Shown here in pieces: positions 49,460 through 62,277 of a DNA stretch of 64,000 bases. The notes below the pieces were generated by a model. It did no database searches and was not told the DNA's origin. It saw only the letters and a list, made by a program, of their open reading frames with translations. The position numbers were made by a program, and so were the translations under genes. The DNA lies in assembly GCA_013239625.1 (NCBI GenBank), contig MU057344.1:1490276-1554275 (forward strand), written 5' to 3'. Position 1 is the first letter of the stretch, and each line of letters begins with the position of its first letter. Source of the stretch: Lama guanicoe. Lineage: Eukaryota.

Positions 49460-51403
49460 GCTAAATGAAGCTGCGGAGTGGCTGAGCTGGGGGTCAGGCT
49501 TGGCGGAGTCGAGCACTTTATTTGATGGTTAAAACTATAAATGTCTTTATCAGGACAGGGAGAGGCCGGCGGGGCCTGGGTGGGTGCCAGGTTGGTGTGG
49601 CTGAAGCTGGAGGCTACTCTGGGGGGGAGTGGGAGACGTGGGCACCCCTCCCAGGGTCTGCAGGCTGTGGGGTTGCTGGAGAGGGGCTGTGGCTGCCGCA
49701 GGCTCTCTGGTCCAGAGGACGGGGTGCCCCCAGCTGACCCCTCGTCCCTCCTGTCTGCAGCATTAGGGAGGGGAGCAGAGGGAACTAGGGGGCCGTGCAG
49801 TAACAAAGGGAGGGTCTTCCTGGCCCCCCAAGAGCTGACACACAAGAAGGCAGTACTTTCCTGTGGGGTACCCGGGTGGCCCTGAGTCCCCAGTCCTGGC
49901 CTCTGAGGGGCCTTGAAGGGGCTCAGCCTGAGCAACTCCCCACTCCGGGTGGTACGGGGTGGAGGGCAGGGCAGGGGGCTAGGCAGCCTCAGGGGAGGGA
50001 GGGCAGGGGCGGAGGACCTTTGCCCACCGCTGGCCACCCCATCCCCAGGGCTGGAGGCAGATGCACACTTCGGATCCCTCCTCTGGCCCAATTATTCTGA
50101 GCAGCCAGAGGTGCTGGGAGGCCCAGCCTCCCTCTGTCTGCGGCAGAGCCCGCCAAGCAGACGTCCAGGAGGAAGGGGTCTTGCCTCCCAAATGCCTGGC
50201 TGATGATGTCTAAGCAGGCCCGTCTCCTCCCCTGCCCACCTGCCTGGAGCCTGGCCCCTCCTGCAGCCTCCACGGGCACCCCAGTCCCCCCAGGACCCCA
50301 GGGAGGCACCCTCCACCCACTCTCTTCCTTGGGCCATTTCTGTTTGGGGCAGCCTGTCCGCTCACGTGCTGAGTTGCATGGCCTGTGAATGGAGCCCCAG
50401 GCGGGGCTGGTGGGCACTGAGCAGAGAACCATGCCCACAGATAGAGTGCTGTCTGGGTGCTTGCTCAGGGGTAACCCGCTCTCCTCAGCAGTGCTGCCCA
50501 GATGGGAGGAGACACGGCGGAGAGCAGACACCACCAGGCGCATCCTCTCCACTGCGCGCGCCCAGAGCCCGAGCTGCCCTGGATGTCCTGCTCTGGTGGC
50601 AACCCCAGGGCCCACCTGCAGAGCCTCCCTGGGACCTCGGCCTCGCCCCCCCCAAACCCTCTGCACCCTGCTGGCCCGCAGCCAGCAGAGGTGGCCGTCC
50701 CTCGGTGTGCCTGTGGGTGCTGGGGTCCCTTCCCCACCCCCATCCCGCCTAGGCCGCCCTCCGCAGCCCGAGCAAGCCACACCCCTTCTGGGCTCCTCCT
50801 CCTCCACCTGTTCGGTCCATGGCCCTCGGGCCCTGCGGCCTCAGCAAAGCTGGCTGAGCCGGAGAGGAGCCGGAGGACCCTCCAGTGGAGGAGGCCGCCC
50901 CCGTCTCCACGTCCCCCAGAGCCGAGCTTGGATGAGGTGTCCCCAGATCCCAACTCCCCCGGCTGCCCTCAGCCCCAGAGAGCAAAGCCCCACTCTCTGG
51001 GGGGCCTCCAAGCCTGCCCCCTCCAGCAGAATGGGGTCCCCACCGTCTGAGAGGTGCACGTGGGCATGGCTGGGGCCGTGGCGCACCTCACGAGACTGGA
51101 GGCCACCTGGCAATCACACGGTGACAGTGCGGGGAGCGGCGTCCTCACAGGCATGTGCGCTGGCGCTCTGAACCTCCCGGAGGGCTGGACACCCTGCCAT
51201 TTACGGGGCTTGGGGGCTGAGGTCCAGAGAGCATCCAGGGCTTACGGGCAGGAGAGCCTGTCTGTGTTTGTCGGACCCGAGAGTCAGCCAGGACGGCGCG
51301 AGAGGGAGACCCTGGGGTCTGGGTGAGGGCCGACAGCGGGAAGCCAGTTTCCCTTTGGGCAAATAGCCTGTGAGAACCTTCTTTCTGGGGGGTTCTGGTG
51401 GTG

Positions 51404-51916
51404 CTCAAAGCACCGTGGACTCAGATCCTGGCACGCCTGCTCTCACAGCAGCACTCCTCACGATTGCCGAGAAGGTGGGAGCAACCCCAGGGTCTGTTGT
51501 CGGATGAACAAACAAAACAATGTGGTCCCCCCGCACAATGGAATATCATTCAGCCTTGAAAAGGGAGGAGGTTCTGACACCTGCCACATGAGTGGCCCTC
51601 GGGAACCACCCACTGAGCACAGTCAGCCAGTCGCAGAAGGACCAGTCCTTCCCGTCCCACCTCTGTGAGGTCCCTGGAGGAGTCAGAGTCACTGAGACAG
51701 GAAGCAGGAGGGTGGGGGCCGGGGGCTGGGGAGGGGCGGGGAGTGGGTGTTTCTGGGGACAGTTTCAGTTTGGGAAGGTGAGAAGGTTCTGGAGGTGGCG
51801 GTGGGGCTGGTTGCACAGCACTGTGACACGTGACCAATGCCCCTGAGCTGTGCCCTTGAAAACGGTTGAGGTGGTAAATGTTATGTTGTGTGTGTTTTAT
51901 CTCAAGTTTTTGAAAA
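51404..51916 (+). mobile_element. LINE-1 3' end fragment, L1MB-type (L1MB3-like)
   Basis: Collinear with the recalled L1MB 3' end: caatggaatatcattcagccttgaaaagg...ttctgacac...gtttcagtttgggaaggtgagaaggttctggag...ggttgcaca...ggtaaatgttatgttgtg. Confidence 0.9.
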
Positions 51917-53010
51917 GCACACTGGCGTTGCCAGATGTGAGGTTACAGGGATGGTGTGGAGCGTCCACCTCCCTCGATAGCGGAGGGGGTCTTGGGGCCC
52001 GGGACCCCTCTGGTGCGTGAGGGGCACCCCCACTGGCCGCCAGCTCACTCAGTGCTTAGCGCAGGGGCCAGGGTGAGTCAGCTGTCATTTAGAAGAAAAG
52101 CAGTGAGATTTGAGCAATCCGTGGGCTACCTCGCTGCCCCGGGGGCTCAGGGAAGTGGTATATTAACCAAGGAATAAAAGCAGAGGAAGAAAAAAGGCCA
52201 GATCACATCTCTCTGAAACAAAGAGGCTTTTTTTCAGGAACAAGCCTTGATAAAAATTACAGTGGCCTCACGAGTCATCCAGAGCCTGCCCGGGGCGGTG
52301 GAGGCAGTGAGGAAATGGGGGCGCGGGGCCTGAAATAGGCATGCTGCCGTCCCCTGAGCACTGCGCGGGGAAGTAATCGTCTTGGAATAATGCGCTGGCT
52401 TTAAGTAGGGCCAGGTGGTCTGGGCTGCAGGCAGAGCCCCTCGCAGCCCTGCGTCAGCTCGGCTGGACAGTGGGGGTCTGGGGTGGGGTGTCCCTGAGCA
52501 GCCCCGCAGCACGGGGGCCAGGCTGCTGGCAGGGTCCTGAGGAGGGCGCGGGGGTCCGTGGGAGGCCCCCCCAGGGCTCACCGCCTGCCTCGCGAGTGGT
52601 GGGGGCAGCGGTGAGGGGACAGGAGCAGCTCCTGGTTCCCTGTCTTGCCTCTCAGTTCTCTCAGAGCCACGGGCTGGCCGGGGAGGTGACTCTGACCTTG
52701 AGGTCGGCTGAGCTTGGCAGCGGCCGGCAAGCAGCTGAAGACTCGCCTGCAGGACAGGCTGCGCCGCGGGCTCTGGGGGCCCCAGTCCCAGCAGAGGGCT
52801 CGCCTGGTCCTTCCTCCTCTGGGCGTCAGTTTCTTCACCCACAAGACGGGTAGACCGTGACCTGCTCCTTGGCGCTGTGGACAGACGAGGAGCAGAGGGG
52901 CAGGCGGGGGCTTCTGGTGGGGGGCCTGGGGGCTGACAGCAGCCCCGGGGCCACATTCCGCCGCTGGTCAGGGCCCTCCAGCCTTGCTCTTTGCACCTGC
53001 TTCTTTATGT

Positions 53011-53285
53011 CTGTAACAAAGTGCCCCAAAGCAGGGACCTTAAAGCAGCAGACAGTGCTAGAGGCCTGCGCTGTCGCGTGGCCCTCCTCCCCCGAGCGTC
53101 TCTCTGTGTGTCTCGTCCCCCTGGTCTTATCAGGACACCCGCCACTGGGCCAGGGCCACCCCGATGACCTCATCTTGGTGTGATCACAGCCACAAAGGCC
53201 CTCTTTCCAAATCAGGTCACAGTCACAAGTACGGGGGTTGGAGCATCACCATATCTTTTGTGGGGACACAGTTCGAGCCGTAACA
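53011..53285 (-). mobile_element. MLT1 LTR with internal deletion, MLT1C-like
   Basis: gtaacaaagtgcc...cttatcaggacacc...gatgacctcatctt...tttccaaatcaggtcaca...catatcttttgtggggacacagttcgagccgtaaca. Confidence 0.85.
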
Positions 53286-54699
53286 GCCTCGGGAGCTGCA
53301 CGAGCCATCCCGATGACATCCTGGTGACAGGAGACAGTGAGGCCAGTGGGGCCCCCGCCAAGTCAGGGGTCTGCATCCGCCAGCACCAGCTCCCTGGTTG
53401 ACACAAAAGAAGTGCCTGCCTGTGACAGTGGCCAGGAACGTGGCCACTGTCTCGTCGGGATGGGGCGCAGGGCGGGGGCCTGCACCTTTGTTCAGGAGGT
53501 TTCCGCACCTTGGGCCCTTGCAGGGGTGGCAGGGGTTGGGCCGGTGAGAGAGACGCCGGCTGGCGCCACCCTGCACCTCCCCAGGCCCTAATGACAGTTC
53601 AGCCCCATCGGCCCCACAGCTGGGACGCGCTGCCCTCCGGTCCCTGTGGGCCAGATCCCCGGCGGGGGTTTGGGAATATGAACGGCCACTGACTAGTATT
53701 AATATTCAGCATGTTTGCGGGAACGTCTTTCCTCGGCGCTGTTAATCTGCTTTGGTGATGATAGCCGTGCTGATCCCTGGGCTCGGCTCGGCGCTGCTGG
53801 GTGCTGGCGGAGGCGGGGAGCCGGCGAGCAGTGGTGTGGCGGCGGCCACAGTCCGGGCAGCTTGGTCAGGCAGCGGGATCCGGGCGGCGCGGCTCCCGGC
53901 AGGCTGTCCTGGAGTGAAGGCGCGTTGTTCCTGTCTTAAGCCAAGGCCCGCGGCGGGGGAGAGGCCACCGCAGTGCTGTGGTTGATTAAAGGCTGGGGAC
54001 AATCCCTAAGTTTCTCTTTCGAGCAAACTGTTTCCCGAAGTGGCTCTGCGGCCCGAGAGCCTGTCCACTGAGGAGGGGGTGTCCCCTCGCCTGTTGCACT
54101 GGACAGAAAAGTGTCTGCACAGAAATCTTCAGTTCTAAATAAGAGCATCTCATTTCACCACTTTATCCGGTGGCTTCCGTAGACCCAGCTCAACTGAGTG
54201 TGTCCATCCGTCCCTCTGTCCCCCCTCTCTGGCCCCCAGCAGTGGCTGAGATGATCCTCATGACAGTCACAGATCACGGGCCTTTGTAGGCTCTGGGGTG
54301 CGGGGAACTGTAGGGGGGTCTCTGGAGGGCACGGTGCACGGCACTCCTCCCTGCTGGGTTCAGGACGTAAAACAAGGGTCCGGAACCAAAGTCCCACCTT
54401 GTTTCTCCAAAAAGGCTCAGGTGGAAGGTGAGAGGGCCAGGTGGGCCTGCGGCTGAACCCCAGAATCACAGATGTGCCACCCCGCCCGCGAATGCTGGAG
54501 CAGGCAGGCCACCTGGCGCAGCGGGAGAGAAGGCGGCCCTCTCCCAGGAGCTGGGGGCTGGGCCAGGCAAGCCCGAGTCTTGGCTCAGATTAACCAGACT
54601 CAGGATTCCTGTTCATGGGGCTTCACCCTCAGGGACGGAAAGTCAAGTCGGGTGAGGGTTTCCTCTTTCCACCTATCTCATTAAAAATTGCCCTTTCCG

Positions 54700-55460
54700 T
54701 CCCCCCACCGTCCCTCCACCTTCCCCCACCATCCACCGTCATCCACCCATCCTTCGTCCATCCACCATCCATCTACCCATTCATTCATCTTCCTACTCAT
54801 CTTTCTATCCACCCTCTCATCCATCCATCTATTCATCCATCTATCCATCTGTCCATCCACCATCCACTATCCACCATTCATCCATCCACTGTCCATCCAC
54901 CATTCGTCCACTCATCCATTTATCTACCATCCACCATCCAGCCACCAGCCACCATCCACTCATCCTTCATTCATCCACCATCCATCTACCATCCACCATT
55001 ATTCTACCACCCATCTACCCATTCATTCATCTGCCACCAACCACCATCCATCCATCCTTGGTCCAATATCCACCATTATTCTGCCATTCATCCACTCATC
55101 CATTTATCTATCATTCACCATCCCTCCACTGTCCACCATCCTTCATTCATCTACCATCCGTCTACCCACCCATTCATCCACTATCAACCACCATCCATCC
55201 ATCCACTTTCCACCTACCCATCCACTTATCTACCATCTACCATCCATCCACTATCCACCGTCCATCCACCGTTAATTCATCCAACCACCAGCCACCCATC
55301 CATCTACCTATTCATCCATCTTCATACTCATCTCTCCATTCGTCCCCCCATCTGTTCATCTACATATCTATTCATCCACCTATCCGTCTGTCCATCCATT
55401 CACCCACCCATCTATCCATCCACTGACCCATCCATCCACCCATGAATTTATCCATTCATT
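54700..55460. repeat. Degenerate (CCAT/TCCA)n simple repeat
   Basis: About 750 bp of ccatccat/ccattcat/ctatccac units, nearly devoid of G. Confidence 0.95.
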
Positions 55461-55550
55461 TCCTGTGTATCTTCTCTGGACATGAGGAAGGCCATCACTA
55501 AATGCCAGACACTTTTTAAGGTGTTTTCTCACCGCAGTGTGAACATCGAG
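55440..55550 (-). mobile_element. L2 LINE 3' end
   Basis: ccattcattt...cactaaatgccagacactttttaaggtg...gtgtgaaca resembles the reverse L2 terminus. Confidence 0.5.
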
Positions 55551-55559
55551 TTGTGTAAT

Positions 55560-55750
55560 ACAGGGTCTGAGAGCTTTAGAATCATGACTGTCTGAGAGGC
55601 TTCCAGCTGAGCCCTGACTAGCTGTCAGCCTTGAGCAAGTTCTTGCTCCCTGAACTTCCCTTCCATGATGTACAAAACGGGCAGAGTCACATCTCTGCCT
55701 CCCTTATGCGGCCTTGGCTAGAATCAGAGCAGCCACAGTGCTGGCAGCTG
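55560..55750 (+). mobile_element. MIR SINE fragment
   Basis: gagctttagaatca...actagctgtcagccttgagcaagttctt...ccatgatgtacaaaacggg. Confidence 0.55.
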
Positions 55751-58700
55751 GCTCCCTGGGCCCCATCACCTCCTGGGACACAGTGGCCAACAGAACTTCA
55801 GAGAAGACAGCGTTCTGACCAGGCCCACCTCTAGGTCCCTGATAGCTTTCAAAGGCTCTCCTGGACAGTTCCAGAACCGAGCGGCCATGCAGCCGCCCAG
55901 GGATGCCCCCGTCTCCGAGCTATGATGGGGCGTTGTCCCCCCACCGGGCTCACCTCTACTGCCACGTTTCTTTCATAAGCTGAACCGAGCTGAACTATAA
56001 CTTTTAGATACTGCCTCTGAGAGGCCTGCTGGACCGAACGCTGCCTGGACGTTGAATTTCCGGCTGGCCTCGGGGGTGGGGGCGTGCCATGCTCCAGCCT
56101 GCAACTCCCCAAGAGCGGCTGTGGTCTGGGGTCCTCGCTGCTGGTCGATGTGATGAAGACTTCAGACGTGGGCCCACACAGAGGGGGGTGGGGGGGCGGC
56201 CCCTCCTGGCGGCCCCGTCTTCGTGCCCAGCGGCCTCTGCGTAGGGGGCTTCAAACTGAAAACACGTGAGAGGCGTGGCCAGGCCTGGTCGCACTGAGAC
56301 ACGACAGAGCGTTTCCCGGATGGTCAGTGGGTTCTCTCTCTCCTGGTGACCCCAGGGAGGGAGGAACGCGGACATACTGTTGCCGTGTGTGCCCCATCTC
56401 ACCCAAAAACCTCTTGAATGAAAGCAAGCAGCTTGGTCTGGGGCTGGCCCCTTCCCCAGCCTCGGGAAGCCCTCGAGAAGCCCCCCACAGCCCTGCACGG
56501 CCCTGGATGAGCCGGGCCTGGACGGGGCTCTGCCGGGACGCAGCTTCAGCAGGACCTCTTCCTTCCTTTGCTGGAAACAAACGTGTGTGAGGCTGGAGGG
56601 GTCACGGAAGTGTGATGAGGGTCGCTTTTCTCCTGCTAAGCAGCCCGTCTTCGGGCTTGTTTGGGATGGGTCAGGAAGTGGTGGGCGGGGTGCTGGTCCA
56701 GGTTTGCGGGTATAGTTTGGAAGATTTCAGGAGGCTCGGTGGTCCCTCTGGGTTGAGCCCTGCCTCCCCGGCACGCACTGTGACCACGTGGGCACTTCAG
56801 GTGGACGAGGCCACCCCTCGCCCTGGCTGAGCCACCGGGGGCCCTCCCCCCCAGGCTGGTCCAGTCCTGCTCAGGCTCAGGTCAGGCGGGTCTGGGTGGG
56901 ACCCAGGGACTGCAGCCCTGCAAGTGCCCGGGGCTGTCGGGCTCGGAGGTCGCTGGGTGTGGAATTGCCAGGGAAGCTCCCGGCTTGGGGCCTGCTCTGT
57001 GCCTCGTGGGGCTCCAGGAAGGGGGTGGCTTGAAAAGCTGGAGAGCGGCCCGACCTGACCGGGGCGTGTCCCTGACTGGGGAGGACGTCTGTGACAATTT
57101 TCAGCCCCGAATACATTCTTAGAGAGAGATGTGGTGGTCAGGAGCTTTGGGGAAGAAGCTGAGCCCCGTGCCTGGGCCTGGCCGTCACACCACCCGCCGC
57201 GAGGCTGCCAGCACTGCCTGGGGAGGGCGCGTTGTTCGAACTTACACGAAGAAGTTCTCCGCTCCGGAAGGGGGTCTGTGCGGTGACCCGGCCAGCCGCG
57301 GAGGGCAGGGTGGACCCGTGCAGCCAGGAAGCAGGCGGCCACCCGGGCCAGGCGGCCGTCAGCCCGCGTGTCCTCCCTGGGCAGGGCCGAGCATCCCAGG
57401 TCCATGGGGAGTGGGCGAAGGCCGAGGGCCCAGGACCAGCTGGCCTCGCAGGGCCTGGCAGAGTCGGCCTCGGCCCGTCCTTGCCGTGAGGGCTCTGTCA
57501 GCAAACCGAGTTCACGTCCAGCACAGCCGCTGGCTCGGGAGCCACAGCCGGGGCCCGAGGCCCCGTCCTGGGCAGCTCCCAGGGGCCCCTCTGCTCCTGT
57601 CTCTTCTGAGGGCCTCTTCTCCCCTGTGTGGGGGACAGCGATGCCCTTAGCATCAAGTCAGCAGAGAACAACTTGCTTTTGACCCGCTGACCCCGAGAGG
57701 ACCGTCGGACAGGCTGTCGCGGCGGGGGTGGGGGCGGGGGGCGCGAGGGCCCACAGGTAAAGCCGCTCGTCCCCTAGGCCAGCCCCCTCCAGGCCAGCTT
57801 GATGGTCCCTGAGCCTCCACAGCCCCACTGCCCACTTGCGACGTTCACGTGCCCACCTTCATTGCCAAACCCAGATGAGCGGGTGAGACAGGGTTTAGCC
57901 AGAAAGAAAACCAGGCCTGGAGGGGTTTTCAGGTTTGCCCCCACGCGGGGCCCGTGTTTCTCCTCCGGGGGCGGAAGGGGGCGTCTCACGGGTGAGGGCC
58001 CGCGGCGGGAGGAAGCTCTGCTGGCGTCTGTGGGGAGCAGCCCAGCCAGCATCGGGCAGAACTCACCTCCGCGCCGTTCTCAAAGTGACCAGGTGCCTCC
58101 TCCGAGCACACTGTGTCCTGTGCCCGGCGTCTCTGCCCCGGTGGCCGTGGGGTGACGTGGAGCACCCCGCCCCAGTGAGAAGCCCCTCTGAGCCGGTGGT
58201 TCTGGAGGGCAGCCTGCCAGCCGGGGGCTGGAGTCTGGGCACCAGGGCCCCGGGACAGGGCTGGCACACGTTTCTGAGTGCAGGGAGCCAGGCTACTGGG
58301 GTGGGGGCTCCCCCTGCTCTGCCCCTCGCTGGGGACAGCGTGCGAGCTCCCTGGGCCTCTGCTTCACCATCACTAAGGTGGGCTGCCCAGGAGGCAGGTG
58401 CTCTGGGGGCACAGGAGGGCAGGCCGGGCCATTTCTGGGGCCCCGCCTGTCGGGTCTGACTGTACCTTGCTGGTCCCTCGTGTCCCCCGCGGGCCCGAGC
58501 TGGCCCTGCCCACTGCTTTGCCTGCCCCGCCCGGTGGGCCTCTCTCAGGACTGGCCTCCCGGCTCCCGGAGCCCTCCTGAGGTGCCGCGTGGTGCCTCCA
58601 GCAGCTTTCAGGGTCCAAGGAGCCCAGCGGAGCCTCCCAGGAAAGGCCCAGATTTGGGCAGATTGAGTGATCCCTTTTAAGCCCTGCTCACCGCCCGGGG

Positions 58701-60614
58701 TCTGCACCCCTCGGCGCCCTCCCTGGAGGCGGGGCCAGCACTGACAACCTGCCCTGGAATGCTAGCATCCGTGGGCTTTTAGGAAGGAACACCGAAGCAT
58801 CGTCTTCTGGTAGCAGCCAGTCTTGGGAGGCACACATGATGTCACGTCCACCGTGACACCCGCATCTCCGCAGGCTGCACTGGGATGCCCCCCGGGCCCC
58901 TCCCGGCCCATAGATGGTTGGGGGGGAGCCGCAGAGGGACCCTCTCCTCCCTTCCTCTCAGAGGTCTCCAGGCAGAGTGCAGCAATGTCGGCCCCGCCTC
59001 AGGCCTGTTGTCAGGATTCACGGCCAACTCTCACACACAGACTCACCCGTGTGTGCACTCACACGTGCACATGCGCGTCCCACATCACCACACGCACACA
59101 CTCACACATGTGTTGTCTCCCACACAGCCACTCACTCCCGGCTCCTGGGGCAGCCTGTCACCTCCGCTGGCGCCCTGCACGGTTTAATGGCTTCTCCTAA
59201 AAAGCCCACCACACAGTGAGGGAGGAACCGGAGGAAGCCCCGTGTCGACTCAGAGGACCCCCCTCACGCTCCCCCGGCCGCGGACCAAGACCAAAATCCG
59301 CCCGGTCCCAGGGCCGTGAGCAGCCAGGAGCTGGTGCTTGGGGAAGGGCCTGTGGTCTTTACTCCCGGGTCCTGCCCCACGAGATGCCGCTTGTCGGACC
59401 ACAGTGGGGCCGTCTGCCCACGGGAACTCTACCGAGGGACCCTCCGCCGCCGCCGGCTGCGCACCCTCTCTCTCCAGCCCCTGAAATCCTGGCCACAGTT
59501 CCGACATTTGGATGCGGCTCTCTGGGGGCGGCGGGGTGCCTTCAGTTCGGGGGGCTGGGCAAGAAGCGGACAAGGCTGCAGTGGTGGGAGCAAGGAGACC
59601 CAGCCTACAGGGGCTCGGGGGGCAGGGGAGGGCCCAGGTCAGCGCCGGGAGCAGCTGGGGCCCTTCACTCCTCTGACCCGTTGGTGAGACCGGGTGGCCA
59701 CCACTCACAGGGCGAACCGTGTATGACAGGGGCTTGGGCACGAAGTTCAGCAAGGGTGCCGCAGGTGTGCCCAGGCCCGAGCCCCGGGGCCGGGGCTCTC
59801 CTCCTGCCCCGTCACCGCCCACACCCCCCCGCATTTATTATTGGGGTCGGTCTCCCAGAAGAATCTGGGGGGCTGATGGACTCAGCTGTGAACCCTGAGC
59901 CTAAAAACCCCAGTGAAGGTCCTCGGTCTCCCAACAAGTAAATAACACATGGTGACACGGCCTATGTTTCCAAGGTCATACAGAGCTCGCGTTCGTGGCA
60001 CCGCACTCCGGCCGTCCTGAGAGCACCTGCTGGGACTGTGCCAGCCGTCACAGGCCTGAGTGGCAGGGGCAGGGACCAGGGGCCACGACGCCCACTCTCC
60101 AGAAAGGCCCGCCAGCCCAGGGCCCGGAGCTCCTGCTGAGCTGGCCGACCCCGAGGGCCGCCTGGCTGCAGCACGTGGCCGAGGGCAGATGGCTCAGGGT
60201 CCCCGGGGAGGCGGCCGTCTGCTTGTCCCGTGCACGGGCTCCAGCGGCTTGCTGTGGGGCCTCAGGGGCTGCTCGCTGCACCCGCTTTCTCCAAGTGCTC
60301 TCTGCACACTCCCAGGCCTCCTCCCAGCCCCCCGCTCCCCGGGCAGTGGGCGCAGCAGAATCAGTCTGGGCTTTCCTGGCGGCTTCGGGCAATCACTTAA
60401 CCCCGGTGACCGGTAGGGGTGGAGGCCCGCGAGGCACAGCGCTCCTTTAATCAGCAGGAAACACCACCTTTCTCTCCTAAGCTGTTTGCTCGGCCAGTAA
60501 ATTAAACACGCCCTTCAAGCGTTGATTTTCCTCCCGTAGGTGAGGAGTTTTGGGAAGTAGAATTCAAACAGAAAACACACACATGCACACAAAAGCCCCA
60601 AAAGGAGCCCTGGG

Positions 60615-60940
60615 GTGGGTCCGCACGGGAGGGGGCACGGCCTGCTCTGCCCGGCAGCCTGCACCCACGCGGCGTCCGCGGTCCTCGCCGTGCCGGGGGC
60701 CGGGCGTCGGGCCTGCCGTCCGGGGGGCGCGCTGGGGCCCCGCGCCACATCCAGCGAGCGCGCGTGCAGCCAGGGTTGGGGGTACGGGGGCGTCCTCCCA
60801 AACCGAGCCGGCCTCAGGCCTCGGGGTGGGGCAGGGGCGCGCCCGCTGCTGCTCTGCGGTTCAGTCCCTGAGAGAGTCCCACGAGTCAGAAAGGCACCGC
60901 CGGCCGCTTGGAACATCAGAATGACGTCTGCGAATGCGGC
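60615..60940. promoter_or_regulatory. CpG island about 1.7 kb upstream of exon 2
   Basis: Very CpG-dense (cgcggcgtccgcgg, gcgagcgcgcgtg), with CRE-like TGACGTCT at 60922-60929. Confidence 0.55.
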
Positions 60941-61297
60941 TAAATTAGTGTCATCCCCATGGCTTTTTCTCCCCCCAGGACTTTGGTTTCTTTTGAGAGA
61001 AAACATTTTGTTACTTCTTGAGCGGATCTGTTGGCAACGAGCGCGAGGAATCTGAAGTCATTTTCCTTGCGCTTAAAAGTCCCTGTCTCCCTGGAGACGA
61101 GCTATTCGGCGGCCGCCGTCAGGGAGCAGGGAGGCGGCCTGAGCCCGCGGCCAGAGTGACCACAGCGTTTGGGTCACTTTCTAAGGTTTTCAAACCAGCG
61201 CAGAAGGAGTGACTTGGGTGGAAGCATCTGGGGCAGAGGTCAGCTTCGGCCGGCCGCGCCCCCCACCCCGCCCTCCCCTCTGCCCCCCCACTTCTGA

Positions 61298-61860
61298 GTT
61301 CTTTACTTTTATTGAGGTGAAATTCACATCACGTAAAATTAATCATTTGAAAGTGTGCAATTCAGTGGCATGGGGCTCACTCACAAAGGTGTGCAGCCAC
61401 CACCTCCGTTTCCAGGACATTCTGTTCCCCCAAAGGAGGCCCCACGCCCATCAGTCGGCCTTCCCCGCCCCCACCGGTCTCATCTTGGTCCCTGTGGATT
61501 TGCCTGTCCTGGACGTTTCCCATGAACGGAATCACACCACATGTGCCTTTTGTGTTTGGCTCCCTTCACTCAGTGTGGCGTTGAAGGCCCGTCCACGGTG
61601 CAGCCTGGGTCAGTGATCCTTTTTTAAAATAGCTGGATGACATTCCGTGGTGTGGATGGACCACATTGGTTGACCCTCTCCTCCGTGGATGGACACCTGG
61701 GCTGTTTCCCCCCGGTGGGGGCACTGCGGGTGACGCTGCTGCTGTGTTCACCCACCCGTGTTCCTGTTTTCAATTCTGCGGGGGGACCCCGAGGAGTCAA
61801 GCTCGTTTCCTGACCGTCCAACCGGCCTGCCTGCCCTCTCTCCCCCACCGCCAACCTTTT
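61298..61860 (-). mobile_element. LINE-1 3' end fragment, L1MB-type (L1MB7/8-like), antisense
   Basis: ttttattgaggtgaaattcaca...aaagtgtgcaattcagtggc...ggatttgcctgtcctggacgtttc...ggatggacacctgggctgtttcc is the typical reverse-strand L1MB signature. Confidence 0.88.
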
Positions 61861-62277
61861 ATGCCCCCTTCTGTGCCTCAGGCCGCCCTCTGGGGCCCTC
61901 CTAGGAGGCACGGTCCTGGCATCGACCGCCTCTTAGGCTGGGCCCCAAGGAGAGGCCCACACCAGACAGACAAGCTGGGGACCCTTTTGCTCAGTCCAGT
62001 GTCCTGCTCCCATGAGTCTCATCCTCATGACCCCAGCAGGCCCCTGTCCTCACCCGCCGTGAGGTCCCTGGGGACTCCAGGAGCCCTCCCCGGGGCCCAG
62101 CCGTCCTTCCCGAGCTGCCCTGGTGTTGGGGCAAATTTCACAGTCCACCCAGGAACCTGGGACTTGTCCCCGTCCTCTCACTTCCAAGGCTGCAGATGCA
62201 AACCGCAAGGCTTCTGGCACGAATGCTTCCCCTGTGGAAGGCGGGCACCTCCTTCCCTCCCTGCATGAGCGCAGAAC

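Noticed and set aside
54615-55445. His/Pro/Ile/Ser-rich ORFs
   Set aside because: Translation of the (CCAT)n simple repeat.
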